From Candidatus Woesearchaeota archaeon (GTDB lineage Archaea; Nanobdellota; Nanobdellia; Pacearchaeales; GW2011-AR1), in the NCBI GenBank assembly GCA_964358765.1, contig CAYHPN010000001.1:91182-155181 (forward strand): a stretch of DNA of 64,000 nt. Reading direction: 5' to 3'. Made by a program: the position numbers and the translations under genes. The notes under the pieces were generated by a model that was not told the DNA's origin, ran no database searches, and saw nothing but the letters and a program-made list of their open reading frames with translations. Below, in pieces: positions 1 to 9,037 of the stretch; positions within the stretch are counted from its first letter, which is position 1, and every line of letters starts with the position of its first letter.

Positions 1-108
1 CTCAACAGTAATTGTGTACTTCTCATTATCTGCTACCATTGTTGCTGCAACAGTCAAACTGCTAGATAATATTAAAAATAAGAATATAAAAACAACCCTC
101 TTATTCAT
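1..108 (-). CDS. N-terminal fragment of a secreted/membrane protein gene running off the window edge
   Basis: ATG at 108 on the minus strand, open in frame to position 1. MNKRVVFIFLFLILSSSLTVAA... looks like a signal peptide. Truncated, so absent from the ORF track. Confidence 0.35.
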   Translation of the reverse strand, partial: MNKRVVFIFLFLILSSSLTVAATMVADNEKYTITVE

Positions 109-220
109 GAAAAGATTTACAATTACCAACTTATAAACTTATTTATTTTTTTATCTTGTTTAATATTGTTAAAGTATATAGAAACAAAACAATTATAAAT
201 AAAATTTTTCTATATAATGC

Positions 221-988
221 ATGGGAAAAAGAGGACAGGTTACTATTTATGTAATTATAGCCATCGTTGTGGTTGCTTTAATTGTTTTAATATTTATGTT
301 TAAGCCTGAAGTTGAAAGTTTTTTTGGAAGTAATTTGGATCCAAATGCTTTTTTGAATGATAGATTAAAAACTCCATTGACTGAAGAAAAAGAATTTTTG
401 TCAAAACAAGGAGGATATATTGAACCTGAAGGATTTATACTTTACAAAGGAAATAAGATTAAATATTTATGCTATAATTCGCAATATTATTTACCGTGCA
501 AAGTTCAGCAGCCTATGATAAAACAGAAATTTGAAGAAGAATTAGCAAAATCTATGGAAAGCGATGTAAAAAATTCAATTATAGAATTGAAAAGTCAGCT
601 TGAAAGGAGAGGTTATGAAATCAGTGGAGGAAATAATATAAAGATTAGTACAGAAATGGCTCCAAACAAAGTAAAATTGATAATTGATAGCGAATTAAAA
701 ACAAAAAAAGGTGAAGAAACTAAAACCTATGAAAAGTTTGAGATTGAATTAAACAGTGAAATGTACTTTTTGTTAATGACTGCAACAAGCATCGTAGATT
801 TTGAATCAGCTTATGGAGATTCTGAGACCAGATTGTATTTATTATATTATCCTAACTTGGTTATTGAAAAAAATAAACTTGGAGATGGTTCTAAAATATA
901 CAAGTTGAAGGAAATAACTACAAATGAGGAATTTTATTTTGCATCTAGAAGTGTCGCTTGGCCTGGAGGTTTGGGGTTAACTGCTTAA
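221..988 (+). CDS. membrane-anchored exported protein with class III (prepilin-like) signal peptide; function unknown
   Basis: N-terminus MGKRGQVTIYVIIAIVVVALIVLIFMF has basic residues, then G|Q, then a long hydrophobic helix, as in archaeal type IV pilin-like precursors. TATA-like ATTATAAATA lies about 20 nt upstream of the ATG. First gene of a co-directional cluster. Confidence 0.6.
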   Translation: MGKRGQVTIYVIIAIVVVALIVLIFMFKPEVESFFGSNLDPNAFLNDRLKTPLTEEKEFLSKQGGYIEPEGFILYKGNKIKYLCYNSQYYLPCKVQQPMIKQKFEEELAKSMESDVKNSIIELKSQLERRGYEISGGNNIKISTEMAPNKVKLIIDSELKTKKGEETKTYEKFEIELNSEMYFLLMTATSIVDFESAYGDSETRLYLLYYPNLVIEKNKLGDGSKIYKLKEITTNEEFYFASRSVAWPGGLGLTA

Positions 989-989
989 A

Positions 990-1271
990 ATGAATTTAAA
1001 TAGATTAAATTTTAAAAAAGAGGAAAATTGGGGATTTATTAGTCTTGCAGCAGGAATTATATCTATTCCATTGATATTTTTATTTCCAGTTTCAATAATA
1101 GTTTCCTTTATTGGTTTAGTTATTGGGCTGATTTATATGTTGAATAATAGAGGTTTTGGATGGGATGAGGAAAAAAAATTAGCCTTGTTTGGAACAATTG
1201 TTAATGTTTTATCTATAATTATAAATATAGCCTTAGTTTCATTTAAATTATTAATGAAAAAGTATTGGTGA
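990..1271 (+). CDS. small two-TM membrane protein
   Basis: Starts 1 nt after the previous stop. Has two long hydrophobic segments (GFISLAAGIISIPLIFLFPVSIIVSFIGLVIGLIYM and LFGTIVNVLSIIINIALVSF). Confidence 0.5.
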   Translation: MNLNRLNFKKEENWGFISLAAGIISIPLIFLFPVSIIVSFIGLVIGLIYMLNNRGFGWDEEKKLALFGTIVNVLSIIINIALVSFKLLMKKYW

Positions 1272-1278
1272 ACGACAA

Positions 1279-3216
1279 ATGATAAAAGAAAAGAAAATAA
1301 CAGCAATGTTGAAAATTAATCTTGTAATTGTATTTGCATTATTATTGGCTAATATAGATTATGTTAGTGCTCAAGGATTAACAAATACTGAGAAAGTTGG
1401 AATAAATGATGTGACAATATGCTGTGAGAAGACCAAATCCGGCCTATACTGCCAGGATGTAAAAGAAGAACAGTGTGCACAGGGAAGCAGAATGCCAAAG
1501 ACCTCATGTGAATCAACATCATTTTGTAAGGGAGGATTCTGTTATGATTCAATTGAAGGAACATGTTTAGATAATGTACCTCAAAAGGTTTGCAATGATA
1601 ATGGAGGAACTTGGAGTGAAGAGAAACCTGCACAATGCAATCTAGGATGCTGCGGGCTAAATGATCAAGCATCCTTTGTAACATTAGTAAGATGTAAAAG
1701 ATTAAGTGCATTCTATGGACTTCAAACTGATTGGAATTCTGAAATAACAAATGAAGCTCAGTGCATTTTAGGAGCAGGATTAAAAGAAAAAGGGGCGTGC
1801 GTGTTTACACAAGACTTTGATAAAACTTGCAAATTAACTACAAAAGAACAATGCACTCCAGATATAATAGGAAGTGCAATAAATGTTCCAGTTGAAATTA
1901 AGAATAAAAATTTAGAAGGATTGCAACCGAGCGGGGCTAGAAATATTGCTCCAAATTTTACCAATGCAAGTGAAATTAAAACAAGTCCAGGAAATGAAAC
2001 TGGAGTAGAATTTTTCCCAGGCAAATTATGTTCAGATGAAACTTTGGGGACAAACTGCGGACCTACAAAAGATACTATTTGTGTTGAAGGGAAAGAAGAA
2101 GTTTATTTTGTTGATACCTGCGGAAACCCTGCAAATATATATGATTCAAAAAAAGTGAATAATAAAGAATATTGGGCAAATATAGTTGATAAGAAAGATT
2201 CATGCAATTCCAATTCTGCAAATGAGAATGGAGTTGATTGCGGGAATTGCAATTATCTTTATGGAAGCTATTGTAGAGCTACGAGTACTTCGACAACTAA
2301 ACCTAAGTATGGAACTAATATCTGCCAGAGTTTAAATTGTAAGGATCCTCAAACTGGAGAAAAAAGATTGCATGGAGAAAGCTGGTGCGTATATGATGTT
2401 AATGGATACGATTTTGCACCAAAAGATACCGCAGCTAAGAACTATGTTCAAACAGAACTTGCTGAACAGTTAAGTAAAAGAGTCAGCGCCTCTTCATCTA
2501 ATCTTGCAAAAGGCGCTGGGCTAGGAAATGCTATACTTGCGGGAGCTGCTGGACCTGTGGGAAGTAAATTCTATAGGGAAATTTGCATAAATGGAGTAGT
2601 ACAGACAGAACCATGTGCAGATTTTAGACAGGAAGAATGTTTAGAAAATGTTTTAGACACCCCTGTAGGGAAGTTTTCTGAAGCAGCATGTAGAGTTAAC
2701 AGATGGCAGGACTGTACAGCACAAAGAAAGATGACTGATTGTCTAAACACTGATAGAAGAGATTGTACATGGATGGAAGGAATACAATATATTTTAATGG
2801 GCGCAATGATGAATGGATCTTCTTTAGATACAAATTCTTTGGCTAGTGTTAAAGAAAGAGTTAAAGCAGAGATAGATTCTGCTGGTGGAAAAGAATACTT
2901 GCCTAGGGGCGCATGCGTTCCAAAGAATCCTCCTGGATTAAAATTCTGGGGAGGCGAAGAAGCAAAAACTGTTTGCGCTCAGGCTAATGCATTGTGCCCT
3001 GTGACTTATTCCAAAGGATTGTTAGATAAAGAGTATAAATGTGTGAGCAACTGCCAATGCGATCCTAAAGAAAATCCTAGAATTGTTGCTGAAAGAGCAC
3101 AAGTTTGCATGGCTTTAGGCGATTGCGGACCAAAAGTAAATTATGTTGGAGATATTGGATATAAGAAAGGATATGAAATTAAGCAGAAAAAGATAGGTGA
3201 TGATAGTAAGAAATAG
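1279..3216 (+). CDS. large cysteine-rich secreted protein (43 Cys in 645 aa), function unknown
   Basis: N-terminal signal peptide (LKINLVIVFALLLANIDYVSA|QG). I counted 43 cysteines spread along the chain. Antisense ORFs 1364-1750 and 1758-2024 are spurious shadows. Confidence 0.75.
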   Translation: MIKEKKITAMLKINLVIVFALLLANIDYVSAQGLTNTEKVGINDVTICCEKTKSGLYCQDVKEEQCAQGSRMPKTSCESTSFCKGGFCYDSIEGTCLDNVPQKVCNDNGGTWSEEKPAQCNLGCCGLNDQASFVTLVRCKRLSAFYGLQTDWNSEITNEAQCILGAGLKEKGACVFTQDFDKTCKLTTKEQCTPDIIGSAINVPVEIKNKNLEGLQPSGARNIAPNFTNASEIKTSPGNETGVEFFPGKLCSDETLGTNCGPTKDTICVEGKEEVYFVDTCGNPANIYDSKKVNNKEYWANIVDKKDSCNSNSANENGVDCGNCNYLYGSYCRATSTSTTKPKYGTNICQSLNCKDPQTGEKRLHGESWCVYDVNGYDFAPKDTAAKNYVQTELAEQLSKRVSASSSNLAKGAGLGNAILAGAAGPVGSKFYREICINGVVQTEPCADFRQEECLENVLDTPVGKFSEAACRVNRWQDCTAQRKMTDCLNTDRRDCTWMEGIQYILMGAMMNGSSLDTNSLASVKERVKAEIDSAGGKEYLPRGACVPKNPPGLKFWGGEEAKTVCAQANALCPVTYSKGLLDKEYKCVSNCQCDPKENPRIVAERAQVCMALGDCGPKVNYVGDIGYKKGYEIKQKKIGDDSKK

Positions 3217-3282
3217 AATCTTAATTTTAACAACTTCCCAGTAATAGCAACATTTAAAAAGTATGAAAGAACTCTCTTTTTT

Positions 3283-3915
3283 ATGAATAAATCATCAAAT
3301 TTGATATCTAGCGGACTGATTGGAATAGTAGCGGGGGCTGGTATTTTATTGAATGGATGCGGAGATCCTAAAAAAACCGGTCCGGAACTATTACAAATAG
3401 TTATGGGCGTGAATGCAAGGGGGAACAGGAACTTAACACATGAGCAGAGAGCTTTTCTTCTAACAGGTGAAAAATATTTGAGAGATGAAAGAAGAAATCG
3501 GGCAATTGAAAGAAGCGGAACGACTATTATTTATAATAATCCAGTTGAGCAAGAAATGGAATTTAATCCCGACCAAAAATATTTATTTTTTGTTGGTAAA
3601 GATATCCCTGATTTTAGCAGTATTGAAGAAGATAATTACTTAGAAAATCCTCAGTTGAATAGAAGACATTTAAAATATAATGAACCTGTTTTATTGGGGG
3701 ATCTTATTTTTAATTGTCCTGGAAAAAAGGCAGAGATTGTATTACTAACTCCAAGCGGGAGAGAATTAAAATTTGGTAAACAAAATATAAGATTAAATAA
3801 ACATCCGCACTACATCAATTTAGATCCTGATCAAATTGAGAAGGGAAGAAATACTCTTAGAGGCTATATAAATGGCAGGGAAGTTTGCGAATTTGATTTT
3901 TATATTAAAGAATAG
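3283..3915 (+). CDS. putative lipoprotein, function unknown
   Basis: N-terminus SSGLIGIVAGAGILLNGCGDP has a lipobox-like L-N-G-C. Its own TATA-like CATTTAAAAAG lies about 22 nt upstream. Confidence 0.6.
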   Translation: MNKSSNLISSGLIGIVAGAGILLNGCGDPKKTGPELLQIVMGVNARGNRNLTHEQRAFLLTGEKYLRDERRNRAIERSGTTIIYNNPVEQEMEFNPDQKYLFFVGKDIPDFSSIEEDNYLENPQLNRRHLKYNEPVLLGDLIFNCPGKKAEIVLLTPSGRELKFGKQNIRLNKHPHYINLDPDQIEKGRNTLRGYINGREVCEFDFYIKE

Positions 3916-3955
3916 TTTTCAAAATATTTATAAGCATTAATTATCTGATTTATTG

Positions 3956-6127
3956 ATGAATAAGAGGGGCAGTAATTATCGTATTTATAATGTGGCAATT
4001 ATGCAAATGTTTTTATTGTTCTTATCTCTTTTTGCTTTCTCTTTTTTTATTTCTGAAATTGAATTAGCTAGTGCATTAGATGCAACTCCCGTAGGAGATC
4101 CAAAATTTGGCGGGGGAGTCGGTTTAACAAATGAACCGCCACCATCAGTAACTACGACTGCTGCAAAAACAACAACGGAAACAGCAGCAGCTGAATCCCG
4201 AGGAATATTTGATATTATTGGAGATATTTACGGAGGAGACGCATTCGCTGTTGAAGCTGGTGCTGAAGGGGGATTTACTTCCGGATTAAATTCAATAATT
4301 GGAGGAGCAGCTTGGGGGTTCACAGTTTATTTTGGTGTTAAAATGATCGGAAAATTGTTTGGCCTTGATAAGCCTTTAGTTGATTCATTATCTGCTGCTG
4401 CAGGTCTAGGGGTTGGAGCAGGAGTTACTGCAAGTTATCTTGTGAGTAATGGGGTATTGGGAAGCACTGTAGCTGGAGCACCGCAGATTTGGGGGATGAG
4501 CGCTAATGCATTTGGTGCTGTAGTTGGTATAGGAGTAGGTGTAGCTGTTTTACTTTTAACATATAAGAAAGAAAAAAGAGAAGTAATAAGCTTTGAGTGT
4601 TTGCCTTGGGAACCTCCACTAGGAGGAGAGAAATGCGACCAGTGCAATGATCCTATTAAACCATGTACAGAGTATAGATGCAAAAGCCTTGGACAAGGGT
4701 GCGAAATAATAAATCAAGGAACTGAACAAGAAATGTGCTTTTGGAAGAACAAAGGAGATACTCGGGCGCCAAAGATTAATACAGATAAAAATAAATTTAA
4801 ACCACAAGGATTAGAATTTAGACCTGATGCTGCAATAAGCATGCCCAATACTGGATTTAAAATAATTGATCCTAAAGCAAATAATGGATGTATTGAAGCT
4901 TTTACTAAACTTGAATTTGGAATAACAACAAATGAACCTGCACAATGCAGAATAGATTATGAACTTACCAAGACATATGATGAAATGGCATATTTATTTG
5001 GAGAGAGCAATTATTTTGATTATAATCATACTCAACAATTGAAAATTCCTGATCCTGCAAATACTGTTGGAGTTCCTATACTGTATACAAAGAAAAATGG
5101 AGTAAATACCATGACTTTATATGCTAGATGCATTGATGGAAACGGAAACGGAGGAAATTCAGGAGCTGTAGCATTTAGTTTCTGTGTAAAAGAGGGACCT
5201 GATACTTCGCCGCCAGTAGTTGAAGGCGGTTCAATAGACAGTGGGAGTTTTGTACAATTTAATGCAGATAAAGTACCGTATGAACTATATACAAATGAAA
5301 TTAGTGAATGTAAATGGAGTAGACTAGATAAAGCATTTGAGGACATGGAGAATACTATGAGTTGTGCAAATCAAGTTGAACAAATAAATGCAAATTTAGA
5401 TTATGTTTGTTCAACTGAACTGACTGGAATAAAGAATGATTTTGACAATAAATTTTATTTTAGATGCAAAGACTTGCCTGGGAAAGCAGAAAAAGATAGG
5501 AATGTAATGTCCACAAGTTTCCCATTGACTCTGAAAGGAACAAAGAATACTCTAGCAATAGAACAAGTCGGACCTAATGGTACAATCACTGGTGGAGAGA
5601 GTGTAGTGGGAGTAAATCTAGTTGTTAAGACATCTTTTGGAGTTGAAGATGGTAAAGCAGTTTGCGCATATTCCTTAGAAGAAAATGATTTAGCAAATTA
5701 CATAGATATGGATGAGACTGACAATTATTTGCATAACCAGACTCAATTCTTACCTCAAGGAAGTTATAAATACTTCTTCAAGTGTGTGGATGCTGGAGGA
5801 AATCTTGCTAGTGCGTCGACTTCGTTTATTGTAAAAACTGATACTGCTGAACCTTTAATCGCAAGAATATTTAGAGATGGATCAAGTATGAAAATAATTA
5901 CAAATGAAGATGGAGGTTGCGTATACTCTCTGAATTCCTGCAGTTATGATTATGAAAGCGGAACTGGATTTGTATATGATACTTCAGCTTCTGGAGGATT
6001 CAATAAAAAAGTACATTATACTGATTGGGATACATCTAAGACTTATTATATTAAATGTCAGGACATAAATGGAAAGAAACCACGATCAGATAAGTGCAGT
6101 GCAGTTATACAGGGAAGTGAGCTTTAG
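3956..6127 (+). CDS. large surface protein: signal peptide, Thr-rich linker, Gly/Ala-rich hydrophobic region, Cys-knot segment and four tandem ~100-aa Cys-containing repeats
   Basis: The track starts at TTG 3953; ATG 3956 lies 25 nt after TATA-like ATATTTATA. Repeat units are recognisable around CRIDYELTKTYDEM...YARCIDGNGN, CKWSRLDKAFEDM...YFRCKDLPGK, CAYSLEENDLANY...FFKCVDAGGN and CVYSLNSCSYDYE...YIKCQDINGK. Confidence 0.75.
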   Translation: MNKRGSNYRIYNVAIMQMFLLFLSLFAFSFFISEIELASALDATPVGDPKFGGGVGLTNEPPPSVTTTAAKTTTETAAAESRGIFDIIGDIYGGDAFAVEAGAEGGFTSGLNSIIGGAAWGFTVYFGVKMIGKLFGLDKPLVDSLSAAAGLGVGAGVTASYLVSNGVLGSTVAGAPQIWGMSANAFGAVVGIGVGVAVLLLTYKKEKREVISFECLPWEPPLGGEKCDQCNDPIKPCTEYRCKSLGQGCEIINQGTEQEMCFWKNKGDTRAPKINTDKNKFKPQGLEFRPDAAISMPNTGFKIIDPKANNGCIEAFTKLEFGITTNEPAQCRIDYELTKTYDEMAYLFGESNYFDYNHTQQLKIPDPANTVGVPILYTKKNGVNTMTLYARCIDGNGNGGNSGAVAFSFCVKEGPDTSPPVVEGGSIDSGSFVQFNADKVPYELYTNEISECKWSRLDKAFEDMENTMSCANQVEQINANLDYVCSTELTGIKNDFDNKFYFRCKDLPGKAEKDRNVMSTSFPLTLKGTKNTLAIEQVGPNGTITGGESVVGVNLVVKTSFGVEDGKAVCAYSLEENDLANYIDMDETDNYLHNQTQFLPQGSYKYFFKCVDAGGNLASASTSFIVKTDTAEPLIARIFRDGSSMKIITNEDGGCVYSLNSCSYDYESGTGFVYDTSASGGFNKKVHYTDWDTSKTYYIKCQDINGKKPRSDKCSAVIQGSEL

Positions 6128-6139
6128 GAATTAGTTGAA

Positions 6140-6559
6140 ATGATAATTCGTAAAGCAAAAAAAGAAGATATTGAATCCGTGCTAAAGTTAACAAAAATAC
6201 CTGAATTTGATAATCCTAATTCCAGCAATAATATGGAATCTAGAGAATATTTTAAAGAATATATTAAAAATGGAATATTTTTAGTAGCTAAAAAGGATAA
6301 AGAGACAATTGGATTTGTAACTGGAGAATTTATGCTGGGCGGTTATGTTTACATCGATGCTCTTTCTGTAAACTCTTCACTAAGAGGTAAAGGGATAGGG
6401 AAAAAATTAATTGATTCTTTTGAAAAAATAGCAAAAGCAAAGGGAGTTAAATATATACATTTAACTGCACCTAAATCTAATAAAAAAACCATAAAATTCT
6501 ATGAAAAAAATAAATATGATAAAGGAAAAGAATTTATTCAATTTTATAAAAAATTATAA
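6140..6559 (+). CDS. GNAT family N-acetyltransferase
   Basis: The acetyl-CoA binding motif is recognisable (LSVNSSLRGKGIGKKLIDSFEKIAKAKG), and the size is typical at 139 aa. Confidence 0.8.
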   Translation: MIIRKAKKEDIESVLKLTKIPEFDNPNSSNNMESREYFKEYIKNGIFLVAKKDKETIGFVTGEFMLGGYVYIDALSVNSSLRGKGIGKKLIDSFEKIAKAKGVKYIHLTAPKSNKKTIKFYEKNKYDKGKEFIQFYKKL

Positions 6560-6601
6560 TATAACTTGAATGATGCTTTATTTTCAAGTTCCCATAGATA
6601 G

Positions 6602-6631
6602 TTTTAAATATAGTACGTACTAAGTACGTAT
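6602..6631 (+). promoter_or_regulatory. TATA box plus palindromic operator-like repeats directly upstream of the 6632 ATG
   Basis: TTTTAAATA at 6602-6610 ends 22 nt before the ATG. The perfect palindrome AGTACGTACT (6612-6621) is followed by a second AGTACGTA (6623-6630). Confidence 0.55.
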
Positions 6632-7414
6632 ATGGGTGATTTAAAATTTATACATAAAGTATCTAAGGGAAGCAGGTTTAATCAGATTTATGTACCTTTA
6701 GATTATTCAAATGAATTTGAAGTTGGAGATTTTGTAGAAGTAAAATTATTAAAGAAACAAATAAAAATTTTTTATTCCGAATCAATGGAGAAATTAAATG
6801 AATTTAAAGAAAAACTGATAAAAGACATCTTTAATTTTTTAAAGAAATATCATGAAATTGAGCAAGTTTATATTTTTGGTTCTTTTTTATCAAAAAGAGA
6901 GGATTATAATGACATCGATGTTCTCATTATATCTGAAAATGAAAAATTAGATAATGAAATTTATGAGGAACTTGTAGAGAAATTCAATTTAAAATTTCAT
7001 GTTATTACCATTAGTATGGATAAGTTAGAAGTCCAGATTAAAATAGATCCAATGTTTAGAAACATTATTTATACTTCTGTCTCCAATAAAGAGATTATTA
7101 ATTTACCTCAAAGAAAAGTAGATAAAAACCACATCCAATTTTTCTTAATGTATCCAGAAGATTCTATAAAAGTAAATCTAGAAAGCAGTAGTTACTACAA
7201 TGCTATAAGAAAGGTATTTGTAATTGAATGCTTCTTAAGAAAGAAAGAAATTAGCTCTGAAGATATGAAAAAAGAGATTATTTCGAAGCTTAATCCAGAT
7301 ATTTATAAAAAAATTATAAATAATGAAATTCTCAGAAAAGAGGAATTAGATAAAATAAAAAAAGTTATTTCCAATAAGCTAAGAAATATATACCTTTTGC
7401 TAAAAAATGAATAA
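6632..7414 (+). CDS. nucleotidyltransferase-domain protein (MNT/pol-beta superfamily) with a small N-terminal beta-rich domain
   Basis: Has the canonical G-S-x10-D-x-D motif (YIFGSFLSKREDYNDIDVLIISE). The N-terminal segment (SRFNQIYVPLDYSNEFEVGDFVEVKLL) resembles AbrB/SpoVT-type DNA-binding folds. Confidence 0.65.
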   Translation: MGDLKFIHKVSKGSRFNQIYVPLDYSNEFEVGDFVEVKLLKKQIKIFYSESMEKLNEFKEKLIKDIFNFLKKYHEIEQVYIFGSFLSKREDYNDIDVLIISENEKLDNEIYEELVEKFNLKFHVITISMDKLEVQIKIDPMFRNIIYTSVSNKEIINLPQRKVDKNHIQFFLMYPEDSIKVNLESSSYYNAIRKVFVIECFLRKKEISSEDMKKEIISKLNPDIYKKIINNEILRKEELDKIKKVISNKLRNIYLLLKNE

Positions 7415-7721
7415 ACAAAAAACAATTTCAGAACTTACAACTTTCTTAGCTTATGCTGTCTCCCACAGAATAGGAAGCATTGTTAATAAAGATGAAATCT
7501 ATGCAGATAAATACCGAAAAGAGCCAGAAGAATTTATGAAAAAAGCAAAAATTATATCTTTTACGCAAAACTGGAATGAATATGATAAAATTATAATTAA
7601 AGAAAAATTTAGAAAAAATGTAGAAAGCGAATTAACTAGAAAAAATTTTCTTAATAATAGAAAATTTGAAATAATGGATGAAGAAATTGATAAATGTCTA
7701 AATGAATTGAATTTATTATAA
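7407..7721 (+). CDS. hypothetical helical protein overlapping the nucleotidyltransferase gene (possible cognate partner)
   Basis: 8-nt overlap with the upstream gene suggests translational coupling. I saw no RxxxxH HEPN motif, so no HEPN call. Confidence 0.4.
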   Translation: MNKQKTISELTTFLAYAVSHRIGSIVNKDEIYADKYRKEPEEFMKKAKIISFTQNWNEYDKIIIKEKFRKNVESELTRKNFLNNRKFEIMDEEIDKCLNELNLL

Positions 7722-8117
7722 TTAATCTTCAAAAAATTGGCTGAAACGTTTACCTTCTTCTTGGACAGTCTTTAAGCTTATTACCCAATTGTTCCCAGTG
7801 TCTTTTAATTGTTGAGGAGAGATAAAAAACCATCCAACTCTGTTAAAACGGACGGCAATTACGGGAGTTAAACCGATAATGTTTGAGAATAAAACAAAGT
7901 CCGATATTTGTTCTTTACTGATGTAAATTGAGGTTTTCTTAGAAGATTTTGCTTCTATTGTGTATCCTCTTTTTCCTAACTTGCCTGCGATGAGATCACA
8001 GGGAGAATCGTCATTAACTCCTGACCCTGCAACCCGAGCGGCCCTCCAAGAGTTCTCTGTAAAAATCCTTAAGAGTTCTCTTTCTGCTTTAGATCCTTTT
8101 GATTTATTATTTGGCAT
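7722..8117 (-). CDS. hjc: Holliday junction resolvase Hjc
   Basis: KGSKAERELLRIF...RVAGSG...DLIAG...IEAKSSKK matches the archaeal Hjc nuclease layout (E...D...E-x-K). Size is 131 aa. Confidence 0.8.
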   Translation of the reverse strand: MPNNKSKGSKAERELLRIFTENSWRAARVAGSGVNDDSPCDLIAGKLGKRGYTIEAKSSKKTSIYISKEQISDFVLFSNIIGLTPVIAVRFNRVGWFFISPQQLKDTGNNWVISLKTVQEEGKRFSQFFED

Positions 8118-8151
8118 AATTAGAAAAATAAAAACAAGTATTTAATAGTTA

Positions 8152-8487
8152 TTAACGTGCAATTGTTTTATTAAAATCACAGTTTTCAATTACGAATTTA
8201 AGGTCAAAATCTGAAATTTCTTTTCTATCTCCGTTAATGATAAAATAGTTAATAATTGATGAATTTACTGTTGAGGGTATTTGATTAATAATTAATTCAT
8301 CAGGGCAGGACTTTAATTTTGCCTGATTAAACTTGTTTATTTCTTCTTGTAATTGTTTATTTTTATTTTCTAGATCTGTTATTTTATCTTTTTGATTAAA
8401 TGTTTTATATCCGAAATAAAGGCCTATAATAAATACTATAATTAAAATAATTGTACTTGTTGTTAGACCTCCTTTTTTATTTTTCAT
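8152..8487 (-). CDS. N-terminally anchored membrane protein, function unknown
   Basis: Single N-terminal TM (LTTSTIILIIVFIIGLYFGY) followed by a coiled-coil-like segment. 4-nt overlap with mscL. Confidence 0.5.
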   Translation of the reverse strand: MKNKKGGLTTSTIILIIVFIIGLYFGYKTFNQKDKITDLENKNKQLQEEINKFNQAKLKSCPDELIINQIPSTVNSSIINYFIINGDRKEISDFDLKFVIENCDFNKTIAR

Positions 8488-8789
8488 TTTTTTGAAACTT
8501 TTTCTTCTTTTAGAACTTTTTTTGCAATAAGGAATACGACTAATGCAATTATAATGAAATTAATTAATTCTCCTAAGAATGCTCCCCAATTTATAACTAT
8601 TTTTCCTAAAGTAAATGTAGCAGTTTTCCAAGCTCCGCCAGGAATGAAAGGAGTAATTATAGGCATTATGATATTATCGACCAAAGATTTAATTAATGCT
8701 GTTGAAGCAACTCCTATTATAAATGCAATTGCTAAGGCCGTTACTTTATATTCCCTCATAAACTCTAAAAATTCTTTCATCATAGGCAT
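8484..8789 (-). CDS. mscL: large-conductance mechanosensitive channel MscL
   Basis: EFMREYKVTALAIAFIIGVASTALIKSLVDNIIMPII...GAFLGELINFIIIALVVFLIAKK matches the MscL TM1/TM2 pattern. Confidence 0.85.
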   Translation of the reverse strand: MPMMKEFLEFMREYKVTALAIAFIIGVASTALIKSLVDNIIMPIITPFIPGGAWKTATFTLGKIVINWGAFLGELINFIIIALVVFLIAKKVLKEEKVSKK

Positions 8790-8790
8790 T

Positions 8791-8946
8791 TTATTTTAAC
8801 CTATTGAATATCCATCCCAAAGAAATAACTATCACAATAAGAGGTATCCAAGGAATATCTATTGTAAGATAACCTAATTCTTTTATGAACCAAACTATTG
8901 CAATTATTAATATTATAACTGGAAAAGTTGGAAACTTATTTTTCAT
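8791..8946 (-). CDS. small membrane protein (51 aa), not in ORF track
   Basis: Minus-strand ORF MKNKFPTFPVIILIIAIVWFIKELGYLTIDIPWIPLIVIVISLGWIFNRLK ends 1 nt before the mscL ATG. Two hydrophobic segments. Confidence 0.35.
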   Translation of the reverse strand: MKNKFPTFPVIILIIAIVWFIKELGYLTIDIPWIPLIVIVISLGWIFNRLK

Positions 8947-9037
8947 ATATGTAATTAGTTGGATGAATATATAAATTTAGCGGGAAGATAAAATCTAGAA
9001 TAATAATCCTTAAATATTGAATAATGGATAACTTTTT

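Noticed and set aside
1364-5346. Minus-strand ORFs inside the surface-protein genes (1364-1750, 1758-2024, 4435-4683, 4619-4807, 5032-5346)
   Set aside because: They are antisense to long, internally consistent plus-strand ORFs with signal peptides and repeat structure. There is no independent support.
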